From positions 1 through 57,125 of the IMG/VR virus record IMGVR_UViG_3300027712_000036: a stretch of 57,125 nt of DNA; one strand, given 5' to 3'. The notes under the pieces are model-generated. The model did no database searches, was not told where the DNA came from, and saw only the letters and a list, made by a program, of their open reading frames with translations. The DNA is from a virus (Duplodnaviria; Caudoviricetes). This document shows positions 20,418 to 31,053 of the stretch, piece after piece. Made by a program: the position numbers and the translations under genes. Each line of letters starts with the position of its first letter. The stretch's first letter is position 1.

Positions 20418-21887
20418 TTAGTTATATTTATCCAACCACCCACCATTTTTCTTTTTCTGTGGATATTCAGTTACTGTCCTACCTTTAAATGTATATTCTT
20501 GATCTGGATACATCATTTGACGATCACCTGCATCTGAAATTCCTAATACAGGATAGTCTACCCCTTTCATTGTTATTTGATTAGAATTGATCTTTGTTAT
20601 CTCTCCAGGATGAGCCCATTGACCCATGTCATCTTCTATCACAGAACCATTCTTACTAATCATCTTTGGTTTCCAATCTAATCCATTTTGGTAATAAGTC
20701 ATTCCTCCATTCTCTTGTTTTGGAAAAATAGATTTGCCACCACTACTGATATAGTCTTCATACAACCTAGCTTCTCCTTCAAGAGTTGAAGGATTTTCAT
20801 ATATACGATCTCCAGCACCTACAAAAGACTTTTGACCTTTCTCATTAGGTTTTGATCCACTTATTAATTTACTTTTTGGAATAAATTGCAGTCCTGGATT
20901 AGACTTAATCATTTCATTCACTTGATTATCTACCTCTTGTTGCCTTCTTTCTTTAGGATTTCTTCCTGATAAAGTTTGAAGATGGTGATATTTCTCATGC
21001 TCTAACCACCAAGGATTATTTATATTTTCAACTTCACTATTAGGATCATAGTTAATTACACCATTGCTATATCCATAGTGACCTTCTGAATTTAATCCTT
21101 CAACATATTTAGGCTCTTGCCAATTTTCAACTTTTTCAGGTAGGTACTTTTTATGAATTGTTCCATTCTGTGCACTAGCTTTTGTCTTCTTAGCATATGG
21201 ACCATTAGAAGGAGCAGCACCTTGTGTACGTGCATATGTAAATCCTACAGAACCAGGGATAGAACCACCCATAGCAAAATCCTTTCCCCATCTTCTTAGA
21301 GGTGTAGGAATATCTTGTCCTTTCTCTACATAAGGATGTCTTACATTTCTTTCCCATTCATCAGCTTCTTGCCATGTTTTAAATGGACCACCAAGATGTT
21401 CTCCTGTTTTTCTAAACTCAGCACTTGCATCCTCTAAAGGATGGCCATATTTAAATGTAGGAATTAAAAAAGCAGGTTCTCCATCTTCACCACCTATAGA
21501 TTGAGCAAGTTCTGAACTAGGTACATTACTTGGAATATTTGCATATCCTATTGGTAGTTTAGAACTAGTTGGTTCAAGGAATGTAAGTTTACCACCCATT
21601 TGAAACTGTCCACCCCATGCAGGAGAATAGTTTCTTCCCTTTGTATTATATCCTACACCTACAAATCCTGGAGGATAGGATGTTGTATTATCATTATAGT
21701 TCTCTTGATGCTCTTGCATTCTTCCACCTTCTGCATATTTCTCTAACCATCCTTTTTTAGCTTGTATAGGAGCACCACCAGCTATAGCCCCAAAGAACTT
21801 ACGTTGTTTATCTGTAAGAGGATGCCCATGCACACTCTTATCATGAAGAATTTCTTTAGCTTTATTTGATGTTAGTTTCTTTGCCAT
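20418..21887 (-). CDS. Mosaic internal virion protein with zincin (HExxH) domain
   Basis: 489 aa. HEKYH followed by a distal EGEAR glutamate. Small modules separated by xxxGG motifs; GWL[ED]KY near both ends. Confidence 0.6.
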   Translation of the reverse strand: MAKKLTSNKAKEILHDKSVHGHPLTDKQRKFFGAIAGGAPIQAKKGWLEKYAEGGRMQEHQENYNDNTTSYPPGFVGVGYNTKGRNYSPAWGGQFQMGGKLTFLEPTSSKLPIGYANIPSNVPSSELAQSIGGEDGEPAFLIPTFKYGHPLEDASAEFRKTGEHLGGPFKTWQEADEWERNVRHPYVEKGQDIPTPLRRWGKDFAMGGSIPGSVGFTYARTQGAAPSNGPYAKKTKASAQNGTIHKKYLPEKVENWQEPKYVEGLNSEGHYGYSNGVINYDPNSEVENINNPWWLEHEKYHHLQTLSGRNPKERRQQEVDNQVNEMIKSNPGLQFIPKSKLISGSKPNEKGQKSFVGAGDRIYENPSTLEGEARLYEDYISSGGKSIFPKQENGGMTYYQNGLDWKPKMISKNGSVIEDDMGQWAHPGEITKINSNQITMKGVDYPVLGISDAGDRQMMYPDQEYTFKGRTVTEYPQKKKNGGWLDKYN

Positions 21888-22756
21888 TATTTATAAGAGA
21901 TTTGACTTGGTGTAGTGATGAATCCTGAAACTAAATGAGCATCACTTCTATTATCTAGAATGTGTCTCACCTTTAAGAACTTAGCTCTTAGAGGTTCCTT
22001 TTTAAAAGATCTCTTGCCATAGTCCATATTTGCTTGGTTTATAATTTTATCTATAGAAAGACTTTCACAACTTGTTGTAAACAAAGGTATGGATTTATCT
22101 TTTACCATAGACCAAAATGTATTATATTGATAAAAATTATCACTCTTTGTATATGTAATTGTTTTACTATCAGCATTATATATAGGGTATTTTAAATACT
22201 CTTTTAGATTGTGTAGAGGTTTAGGAACTAGTTCTAATACACCAGAACACTGTTGTCCATTAAATAGAATAGCTTTATTAAACCATCTATCATCTGTATC
22301 TATTCTAGTATTATAGTTAAATACACCATCTACTATTTTAATATATTTATAAGCTTTTGTGTAGTCTTTTACATTTTGTAAGATTTCATCTTGAAAATCA
22401 TAAGAGAATGGATATTCTATTATATATGGTTCTATGTTTCCATAGTAGTAGTTGTAATTCACTATATCAGTTAGATGTCTCCAGATAGATGATGTATTTA
22501 TCTGTTTAAACGTCATTGCTGCTATTTGACATGTATCAAGTGTTGATATAGGGAGATTCTTTTTAACATGACATTTTCCTATAGATTCAACAATTATAAC
22601 TGTAACAGCATCATCAACTATGTATGTTATTCCCATGATAAGAGTGGTCTTTAATACATTAGTACCAAGAACATTTCCAAGATTATCGGAAATATTAAAT
22701 GGTCCAGTAACTCTATTACCAGCACTTGCTAATTTTATGATTATTGTTTTTGACAT
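21887..22756 (-). CDS. C-terminal piece of the muzzle/stabilisation protein, with an extra N-terminal ~65-aa beta module
   Basis: IWRH...NYYYG..EPYIIE...FNKAILFN..Q.SG...LRAKFLKVRHI resembles the C-terminus of crAss-like stabilisation proteins. The N-terminus resembles that of ORF 33679-34878. Confidence 0.6.
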   Translation of the reverse strand: MSKTIIIKLASAGNRVTGPFNISDNLGNVLGTNVLKTTLIMGITYIVDDAVTVIIVESIGKCHVKKNLPISTLDTCQIAAMTFKQINTSSIWRHLTDIVNYNYYYGNIEPYIIEYPFSYDFQDEILQNVKDYTKAYKYIKIVDGVFNYNTRIDTDDRWFNKAILFNGQQCSGVLELVPKPLHNLKEYLKYPIYNADSKTITYTKSDNFYQYNTFWSMVKDKSIPLFTTSCESLSIDKIINQANMDYGKRSFKKEPLRAKFLKVRHILDNRSDAHLVSGFITTPSQISYK

Positions 22757-22766
22757 AGTTTAATTA

Positions 22767-25226
22767 TTAAGAACATCCTCCACTTGGTGTTGTTACCACT
22801 CCACCAGATATTTCATATATAGTAACATATACACCTGTAGGTTTACCATTTACATCAAGATCACTTTGTATTTTAAAGTTATTTACACCATCTAGACTAT
22901 CTGTAATTGTTACAGCATTGTGGAAGAAATGGAAAGCTTGATAATTAGGAGAATTATAATACCAACCATTAGTTAAAGGAGCAGCATACACTGGTGAATA
23001 TGGAGCAATATGATCACCACCAGCTGCTGAATAAAGAAAAGTAACTACAGGTGCTGTTTGTTCATAATAGTAAGCAGCTTGAAACTTAACTGTTGTTGTT
23101 GTTCCTATAACCACTTTATTAGTTACACTTGCTGCATAATTATTATTTTGCTGCAAAAGATCAAGAGCAGCACAACTACCAGCACATGCTCCCACTGTTG
23201 CAAAGAAAGGTGATCCATCAACTGCAGTTATAGTGAATGACATTGTTTGAGCAATAGAATCAAATGTCACAGGAGTGAGATAGTGCATCATATATGCATC
23301 ACGACTTGTTCTTGTATCACCACAATTATCATTAAGATATTTAGTAACAAATGTCTGAAGGAATCTATAATAGTTAATATCAGATGAAGGTGGTGTAGGA
23401 CCTGCTGGTGTTACCCATGCTATATTATCATTATACTCAGATTGATATTTATTATAGTCAGTTATACTACTAAACTGGAATACAAAACTTGGTCCTGTTT
23501 TAGTTACAGTGATAGTTCCTGCTGCTTGTACACAGGTTTCATTATAATTATGAATATGATTTCCATAAGAACAAGACTGTTGTCCATTACTAAATGATTG
23601 TGAAAAAGTTGGAGTAATATTTGTTACTCCATTAGTGTCATAACTAGTAACTAGATATTTATAACGATCTGTAGTTTTATTATCATTGAATGTTGAAAAT
23701 CCATAAGTAAGATTATATGCACAAAGTCCTGTGCTATATGTCATCACTGCACTACATGGATCTATTACAGCCTTTGTCCATGATGTATCAAATGTTGTTA
23801 AACATGCAAAATATGCTGTCCAGTTTGTATTTGGATTAGTTGGAGCAATATATCCAGCTGTAATATCAATTAATATATAATCCCCTACTGCATAAGTTAT
23901 TGCTGTAAGATCTATAATATATTTACTATAAGATTGATTAACTTTTTTAATTACTCCTGTAAAATCAGTTGCTGGTATATCTGTTCCAATTGCAAAGTCT
24001 TGCATTAAAGTAGATGTAGCATTTAAAGGACTAACGTATGTGAATGTTATTCTATCAGATATAATATTTCCAGCAAAATACCATGCCATATATTGTGTAG
24101 ATCCATCAGAATTAAGATCAAATCCTAATGATTTACTAGCATCTGAAGGACTTGAAACACCATTAGTGTAATTAAATTTATGTGTGTATTGTTCAAATCC
24201 AACATCTGTATTTGTACCATTTGAACAATTTAAGTTAAGTACATTAATTGGTGTAAGACATGTTGCAAGATCACTAGCATATGAAGCTCCTGGAGTTATA
24301 GTAGAAGTGTATTTTATACTATCCAAATAAGCATATCTTATTATAGGAATCCAAGATCCTCCTATAGAAGGTCTTGCACTTGCTCCTGTGAAAGGATGAA
24401 ACTGTTGTATAGCTGGATCTGTATTTCCAGTGTTACCAGATGTAAACTCTATAGGGTTAAGTATACTATCAACATACCAATCAATTACATAATTACCAAG
24501 TGTACATAGACTAGAAGTCATATTACCAACACTTAATAAACCAACACCATTATCTATAAAATCAGTTAATATTGGAGCACAATCAACACATTTAGCAAAG
24601 TTTTGTACTGTGGTTGATGTACTAGTTGTTGTAGGTGGTATAGTGGTTGTTGTACTTGTTGTAGAAGTTGTACTAGTGGTTGATGTAGTGCTAGTGCTAG
24701 TAGAAGAAGTGCTTGTTGATGTACTGGTGCTTGTTGATGTGCTAGTGCTACTTGTTGATGTTGTTGTTGGAGGAACAGTAGTGGATGTAGAACTAGTTGA
24801 TGTACTAGTAGAAGTAGAACTTGTACTAGTAGATGTAGATGTTGATGTGCTAGTGGAAGTACTAGTTGAACTACTACTTGTTGTTGTTGTAGTGGGGGTT
24901 GGAGGAAGTTTAATAACAAAACCTTCCAATACACAATCTATAAACACTGTTGTTGTAGAAGTTGTTGTTCCTGGTTTTAAATTACTTGTTGTAGAAGTTG
25001 TTAGTGTACAAGGAACTTCTGATATTGCAAGAAGTTCAAGATCACATCCTCCATTAAGTCCTGAATAAAAGAAGTTATTCTCACCTATATAAAAGTTTGG
25101 GATGTAGCTATGGAAGCTCACCCAACTTTTGGTGTTCATATTAAATGATAGTGTCCAAGACTTGTTACAGAAATAATTAAGATCTGTAAGTTCTACCACT
25201 TTTCTTCTTTTGATTGTTTCTGACAT
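22767..25226 (-). CDS. Middle piece of the muzzle protein fused to a Thr/Ser stalk and a ~600-aa beta-rich adhesin-like domain
   Basis: The first ~55 aa (YFCNKSWTLSF...WVSFHSYIP..Y..NNFFYS) are stabilisation-protein-like. They are followed by ~95 aa of T/S repeats and a Cys/Thr/Tyr-rich domain. Confidence 0.6.
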   Translation of the reverse strand: MSETIKRRKVVELTDLNYFCNKSWTLSFNMNTKSWVSFHSYIPNFYIGENNFFYSGLNGGCDLELLAISEVPCTLTTSTTSNLKPGTTTSTTTVFIDCVLEGFVIKLPPTPTTTTTSSSSTSTSTSTSTSTSTSTSSTSTSTSTSSTSTTVPPTTTSTSSTSTSTSTSTSTSTSSTSTSTTSTTSTTSTTSTTTTIPPTTTSTSTTVQNFAKCVDCAPILTDFIDNGVGLLSVGNMTSSLCTLGNYVIDWYVDSILNPIEFTSGNTGNTDPAIQQFHPFTGASARPSIGGSWIPIIRYAYLDSIKYTSTITPGASYASDLATCLTPINVLNLNCSNGTNTDVGFEQYTHKFNYTNGVSSPSDASKSLGFDLNSDGSTQYMAWYFAGNIISDRITFTYVSPLNATSTLMQDFAIGTDIPATDFTGVIKKVNQSYSKYIIDLTAITYAVGDYILIDITAGYIAPTNPNTNWTAYFACLTTFDTSWTKAVIDPCSAVMTYSTGLCAYNLTYGFSTFNDNKTTDRYKYLVTSYDTNGVTNITPTFSQSFSNGQQSCSYGNHIHNYNETCVQAAGTITVTKTGPSFVFQFSSITDYNKYQSEYNDNIAWVTPAGPTPPSSDINYYRFLQTFVTKYLNDNCGDTRTSRDAYMMHYLTPVTFDSIAQTMSFTITAVDGSPFFATVGACAGSCAALDLLQQNNNYAASVTNKVVIGTTTTVKFQAAYYYEQTAPVVTFLYSAAGGDHIAPYSPVYAAPLTNGWYYNSPNYQAFHFFHNAVTITDSLDGVNNFKIQSDLDVNGKPTGVYVTIYEISGGVVTTPSGGCS

Positions 25227-25238
25227 TCTATTTTATTA

Positions 25239-28200
25239 TTATGGTGGTGGTTGTTGAGTACAAGCATCTACACAAGTTGCATGTGCAAATGGAATCATTA
25301 TATATCCAGCAGGACCTGAAGTTCCTGAAATCACTTTATAAGCTATTGTATCAACAAATCCTTCTATTCTAAAATAAGAACCTATTGGTAGTGTAAATGG
25401 ATCAGCTGTAGTTACCACTACAGTTCCTGTAGGTGAAGAACATCCTAATGGTGCAGTGCATTCATAAGTTTCTGCAGTGTATGAAAAACTATAAACTGGA
25501 CCAGCAGTTGTTGTAGTTGTTGTTGTGCTAGTGCTTGTAGAACTTGTAGAACTAGTGGTTGTAGAAGTAGAACTAGAACTAGTTGTTGTTGTACTGCTAG
25601 CTGGGAAGAATGGAAGTTCTTCTTCTATATAAAATTCTTTTGTCTCAGGATCATATTTAACTCTATCATCTACAGGAATATAATCTAGTTTTGTTATGAT
25701 GACACGATCATATTTAGAATCATATACACCATGAAGTCCTATTCCATTAAAATGATTATCTATATCAACATTAGGAAAATATCTAAGAATTTCAAAAGCC
25801 AAATGATCTGTAAAGAATCTATTCATTCCTGAACCAAATGCAGAAAGATCTGTTGCTTGGTTACCAGCTATTAGAAACACTTGTCCTCTTTTAGCATCAG
25901 CACTGATTTGTCCCTGAGGAATCTTTAAAAGAAACTTATGTTGACTTCCTACATATCCAAGATCTGTTTCTGCAAAATCAATTGGAGGAGAACTCTTGAA
26001 CAATGTACTATTTCCTAAATAAGCAGCCTGTGGATTACTTGTATCCACTGTAAGAAGAGTGTTATATAAAAGACTCTTGTTTTCAAATCTAGCTAACACT
26101 GCTCTGTTCTGTATACCATCTAATGAAGTGAGCTTACCAAAGTTTTGAGGAAAATCAAAATATGATGCAGCACCATAGTTTAACCAGGCATTCACTTTAT
26201 TATTAGGATTGGAATCTTGAGAATCAGAATATATTGCTCTGAATGGATAGTTTGTAAAACAAAGTTGTGCTTTCCAGTCTGGAGGAAGATGTGAAAAATA
26301 ATCTTCTTTATTCTGTTTAGAGAATGTTACATTATAATAGTAGGTGTTATCTTGTTGTATTGTTACAAAGCTTTCCTGAACCCAATCATCAGGAATACTT
26401 GTGCTTACATGAGGCCAGAAATCTCCTTCTTTATTATTAAATGCCTGTCTAAGATTTACATTATATGAACTTTCACAATAGAAATTAGGAACACCATATG
26501 CAAACAGATACATCTTTCCATCATAGAAAGTTCTATTAAAACTTCCTGATACAAGATTTTGTGTATTTGGACAATCAAATCTATGTGCTTTATATGAAAT
26601 AATATTTAAAAGATTTGTACTACTTTGATTTACATAATAATCATCTAAATTAGATCTTGATGAAAACCAATATCTAGGATAGGCAACATTACCTATTTCA
26701 TCATAGAATATGTCTGAATCATCAGGAGCATTTACACGATTGTCTATAAAGAATGGAAGCTTTGTTTTAAATGCAAATCTTGTAATAAATGTATCACCAC
26801 CAAACACTGTATCAATACTACTACCTACAACAGGATCAATACTTCTTTGAAATCCTGTATCAATTGTTTCATAAGAATACATCTGTCCCCATTGGTTGAC
26901 AAATATATTCTTCAATGATCCATAGTATGAAACTACAGTGATGTCTTCTTCTTTTCCAGGATTTACACAATTTCCTTTTTCAGAAATTATAAATCTTGAA
27001 TTATCAGATATAACAGAACTTCCTGCAAAAATCAAACTAGGTGTTTCACTAGGATAGGGAAGAGAAGGAGTGGGACCAGTAATATTTGCAAATCCTGAAG
27101 ATGTGATAGTTATAGAATAATTAATACTTCCTGATACAAATATAGGATAGGTTGTTGAATCATAACTGCTACAAACACCTGGAGTAACAAGTACATTTTG
27201 TTGTCCAGTGGTAGGATTTGTTATATTAAATAGTGATGTAACAAGTATATTATTATTACAAATTTGATAGGTGTCATATGGTATTAGAAAATCATCAACT
27301 TTATCTGTTGTTTTTATATAAACAGAAGACTCTCTATTCCAATTATTGATGTTATGATTGTCACCAATACTTTGAACACCAGGTATAATATATTGAGCTA
27401 TATCAACAGTTCTTTGTTTTACACCAATGTTATTCTGTATATCAGCACTGTAGTCATAACTAGCTATAGAGTTGAATGAATATGTATAGTTTCTTCTTGT
27501 TATTCCATTTATGTATATTGCTAAATATGCCTGGTATGCTGTGAACATTGCTGATGCACTAAAACTAGATCCTGTTCCTGTAATTGCACCTAATGCAGCA
27601 CTTGAATCTAAAGCATCTTGTTGAGCCTCCTTGGTAAGAAGTTTATACAATGCATGATTTTTCACTTGTACAAAGTGTGCACTTCCAGCACCAAACATTA
27701 CATTCTCTAGTTTAAGAATATTTCCTAAGAATGGTTGTCCAAAAGATGTTTCAGGAGAGTTGAATACATGTCTATATTTTTGATCATCACTTTCAAAACC
27801 ATATAGATAGTCTTCATCTGAACCACAATTTAGTGGACCTCTAACTTTATTAAGTTCAGTTATTGTTGATATACTGGATAGTGTAGGAAAAGTGACTTGT
27901 ATAGGCTTAATTGTTGATGCAACATCAGGATAACCAGGTGATCCTGTACATGTATAATCAGGAATAACTATTGTTCTAAATCCATTATCTGTAGGACCTG
28001 TTCTAAAAGGAGTGATATAACTAAATAAAAGATTGATATTAAAAATAGGATTAAAAATAATATGAGTATTACAAATTCTCCATACACTATAATCAGCTAT
28101 AGAAACTGTAGCAGTGGTGTTAAGAGTTGGAATAGGTAGGTCAATTGAACAAAGATAAAAAACACCATCTGCTAAAAGAAATGGTTTAGTAGCTGCTTGA

Positions 28201-30131
28201 TTAGTGTCACAATCTACATAATTTATTGTACCATCGGCAGATGGTGTAATCATGTAAGAAGTACAATCTATAGAATATGAATTACTTGTAGCAAGTAGAA
28301 AAGGATCTTTCTTAATGTCATTATATGGATAGTTGGGATAGTAGTAGTCTGTTTGTTCTCTTGTATACTTTCCTACATTTCTAAGAATACCTTTTGCTAC
28401 AATAGATTTATTTGTACCACGATTACCCCTTACAATCTTGAATGCAACAATATCATTCTTCTGATCACTAGTGAGAGATGATATAGTTATTAGTCGTCTA
28501 ATTTGTTCAAGATCCACTCTAACTCCAATAGGGAATATAGCATCATTTTGCATCACAGGAGTGATTGGTCCAGATACACTATATGTAGGAGATTCATATA
28601 TGGGGCTTACAAGAACATCAGGAAACTTATGATGTCTTATAGGAGTGTCTGAAAGATCTCCCCATACATCTGTATTACAAGGATAGAGTTCTGTTGATTC
28701 CCAATAAGCAAAATCACCATATTGGTAAGCTCCTTTATATCCTGTTCCTCCTGTATATTCTGGAGCATATCCTGTAACATTTGCTGTGTTATATATTTTC
28801 CAATAAGGACTATATCCTATTCCTCCCACCTCATAATCAGGCTCACCAATAAAATCAGGATTTGTATCTGCTACATCAGGAATGTTTTCATTATTGTTTC
28901 TAGTTCTACCAGGAATATGAAAACCATCTGTTTGTTTACCATTTCTTAAAAGAAACACTATTTCAAATGCATAAACCTCATCTCTTAGATATCCTCTAAA
29001 ATTTGTAGCATTTATCTCATCTGAATAGTCTTCTGTATTTGGAATTCTATATGTCTGCCAACCAAGAGTTATTTGACTAGCAATACTTTGATAGTTAATC
29101 CTATCTATAGATGTAAGATCGTCCCATACAAGAACATCTTGAACTGTTGTAAGATCTTGAGCAATATCATAATAAGGATATTTCTCATAGATGTCACTTG
29201 TGGTTAAACGTATTTGTGTTTGATTCTGACCAGTGTATGTAATATTTCTTTCTATTTTATCAATAAAATATGTACCAACTAATTCTACAGAAGTGATGTC
29301 ATTTATTGTTTTAATTACAGCAATGTTGAAATATTGAAACTGTCCTGTAGCATCTAAGTTAGTGACATTTAATACAATAGACTTACCCACCTCATAATTA
29401 AAATTAGGTGTGGTAAGTTGTATATTTGCAATTGGTGTAGGATTGGTTATAGAATAGTAGGAAGTGTAAGGATTACCTGAAGCATCTGAATACTGAATAG
29501 CAAATTGATATGTACCAGCAATAAGGGCTCCACCAGTTGTAACATCTGTTACATTTAATTGAGGAATTTCAAAGTTGGGTTGTAATTTTAATTGATTACA
29601 ATCAACTTCAGTGGTTGGTGTTGGATCACATAATTCAGATCCAGGTCTTAGGATGTAAGGAATCATATCAATATCCAACCATCTTCTAGGATTGAATCCA
29701 TCTGTCCAATAAATCTCTGTAGTGCAGTTTGTAATCTTATGTACAATTTTATGTATAGGATATTGTATATTAAAATTAAGACATGGAGCATCTATGAGAG
29801 GTCTGTATATACAATCATTGTTCTCCATATATCCTATCTGAGATTCTGATGTATCAGAGTTTGCTAAGAAGAATATGTGTTTATTTTTTTCATTTATAAA
29901 ATGTGTACCTATTAACTGATAGCCCATAGGAAACTCTAAACATAATTCATTACCTGGCTCATTCTGATAGTTAACAGAATTAGAGTCAAAGTTTTCAACA
30001 GCTGCATTTAATGCATAAGTGAGCATACCCTTAGGAACTTGATTTACGGAATTATCCATATTCATCCCTGTAGTAGCTGTATTATATTCAATCTTAATAT
30101 TACCTTGATTAGTTGTTTCTTCTCCAGCCAT
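25239..30131 (-). CDS. Tail muzzle/stabilisation protein (P22 gp10-like), N-terminal and main part
   Basis: 1630 aa. GMNMD...YALNA...NEPGNE, IYWTDGFNPRR, GTYQFAIQY, RDEVYAFEIV, IRHHKFP, GGDTFI, GYVGSQH and GVYD.KY.RVIIT motifs of crAss-like muzzle proteins; synteny. Confidence 0.8.
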   Translation of the reverse strand: MAGEETTNQGNIKIEYNTATTGMNMDNSVNQVPKGMLTYALNAAVENFDSNSVNYQNEPGNELCLEFPMGYQLIGTHFINEKNKHIFFLANSDTSESQIGYMENNDCIYRPLIDAPCLNFNIQYPIHKIVHKITNCTTEIYWTDGFNPRRWLDIDMIPYILRPGSELCDPTPTTEVDCNQLKLQPNFEIPQLNVTDVTTGGALIAGTYQFAIQYSDASGNPYTSYYSITNPTPIANIQLTTPNFNYEVGKSIVLNVTNLDATGQFQYFNIAVIKTINDITSVELVGTYFIDKIERNITYTGQNQTQIRLTTSDIYEKYPYYDIAQDLTTVQDVLVWDDLTSIDRINYQSIASQITLGWQTYRIPNTEDYSDEINATNFRGYLRDEVYAFEIVFLLRNGKQTDGFHIPGRTRNNNENIPDVADTNPDFIGEPDYEVGGIGYSPYWKIYNTANVTGYAPEYTGGTGYKGAYQYGDFAYWESTELYPCNTDVWGDLSDTPIRHHKFPDVLVSPIYESPTYSVSGPITPVMQNDAIFPIGVRVDLEQIRRLITISSLTSDQKNDIVAFKIVRGNRGTNKSIVAKGILRNVGKYTREQTDYYYPNYPYNDIKKDPFLLATSNSYSIDCTSYMITPSADGTINYVDCDTNQAATKPFLLADGVFYLCSIDLPIPTLNTTATVSIADYSVWRICNTHIIFNPIFNINLLFSYITPFRTGPTDNGFRTIVIPDYTCTGSPGYPDVASTIKPIQVTFPTLSSISTITELNKVRGPLNCGSDEDYLYGFESDDQKYRHVFNSPETSFGQPFLGNILKLENVMFGAGSAHFVQVKNHALYKLLTKEAQQDALDSSAALGAITGTGSSFSASAMFTAYQAYLAIYINGITRRNYTYSFNSIASYDYSADIQNNIGVKQRTVDIAQYIIPGVQSIGDNHNINNWNRESSVYIKTTDKVDDFLIPYDTYQICNNNILVTSLFNITNPTTGQQNVLVTPGVCSSYDSTTYPIFVSGSINYSITITSSGFANITGPTPSLPYPSETPSLIFAGSSVISDNSRFIISEKGNCVNPGKEEDITVVSYYGSLKNIFVNQWGQMYSYETIDTGFQRSIDPVVGSSIDTVFGGDTFITRFAFKTKLPFFIDNRVNAPDDSDIFYDEIGNVAYPRYWFSSRSNLDDYYVNQSSTNLLNIISYKAHRFDCPNTQNLVSGSFNRTFYDGKMYLFAYGVPNFYCESSYNVNLRQAFNNKEGDFWPHVSTSIPDDWVQESFVTIQQDNTYYYNVTFSKQNKEDYFSHLPPDWKAQLCFTNYPFRAIYSDSQDSNPNNKVNAWLNYGAASYFDFPQNFGKLTSLDGIQNRAVLARFENKSLLYNTLLTVDTSNPQAAYLGNSTLFKSSPPIDFAETDLGYVGSQHKFLLKIPQGQISADAKRGQVFLIAGNQATDLSAFGSGMNRFFTDHLAFEILRYFPNVDIDNHFNGIGLHGVYDSKYDRVIITKLDYIPVDDRVKYDPETKEFYIEEELPFFPASSTTTTSSSSTSTTTSSTSSTSTSTTTTTTTAGPVYSFSYTAETYECTAPLGCSSPTGTVVVTTADPFTLPIGSYFRIEGFVDTIAYKVISGTSGPAGYIMIPFAHATCVDACTQQPPP

Positions 30132-31038
30132 ATCTATTTGTTCTATTTGGTAATTCGTACATGTTAAATCTGTTCAGGTCATTTATGATTCTTCTCTGCT
30201 TAGCATACACATCTTGTTTCTTAATTTCAATGTCTGCCATGATAAATGCTTCTTCAGATAGTTGTTTGTAATAAACAAGTTTCTGTTGTATTTGAGCAAA
30301 GGTTTCATCTGTTAGTTGGTTAGAGAGCATCTCAAACACTTTGTATTTAATGAATGCTTCTATGTATTCCCTAATACGATAGTTATCTGGAATCATTTGA
30401 TTACCACCATTATCATATTCTGTGGCATAAAATATAAGACTCACCACTCCATTTCTGAAATTAGTTACAAACTTATTATCTCTAATGTCAAATGAATCAG
30501 CAGCAGAACTTCCAAGGTTTGCACAATCTAATGTGCAATTAGCTCTAACACTAATATTACCTGGTTTAAGTAGGTAGGATTTAGTGTAAGCATTTTGAAA
30601 TGTGTTATTTGTTTTATATACAGCTTGTATTATTTCAGGAAGACATGTTCCATCACAACCTGGAAGATTGCATGCTGTATTATTACAAGGTACACCATTT
30701 GTAATAATAGGTGACACTTGTATAGATGTTTGTGAAGATGCTTGAGAGTAAAAAGAGTTGGCTGATTGATGAGGAAGATTTGCTACATCTGTACATAACC
30801 AAGCCTCTCTTACAGCAAAAAAGTTGTCTGGAAGTCTTGCTTGAAAATCTTCAATGAATAAATGTTCCTCAGTAATGACATATGTTGCTCTACCTAATTT
30901 TCTAAGACATTTATCTAAGTAGGTTGGGAACATAAGATCATCAATTGCTCCTGTATCAAAATAGCTTTTAAGCTCTTCCTTTACAGTGGAATAGACTATC
31001 TCTGGAGATGTGAAATTATATTTATAATAATAGCTCAT
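30109..31038 (-). CDS. Tail ring/tubular protein
   Basis: 309 aa directly upstream of the muzzle. ARLP..F, FVTNFRNG.V...YA...D....IPD and a helical C-terminus fit crAss-like ring proteins. Confidence 0.6.
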   Translation of the reverse strand: MSYYYKYNFTSPEIVYSTVKEELKSYFDTGAIDDLMFPTYLDKCLRKLGRATYVITEEHLFIEDFQARLPDNFFAVREAWLCTDVANLPHQSANSFYSQASSQTSIQVSPIITNGVPCNNTACNLPGCDGTCLPEIIQAVYKTNNTFQNAYTKSYLLKPGNISVRANCTLDCANLGSSAADSFDIRDNKFVTNFRNGVVSLIFYATEYDNGGNQMIPDNYRIREYIEAFIKYKVFEMLSNQLTDETFAQIQQKLVYYKQLSEEAFIMADIEIKKQDVYAKQRRIINDLNRFNMYELPNRTNRYGWRRNN

Positions 31039-31053
31039 AGTGTAATATTTATA

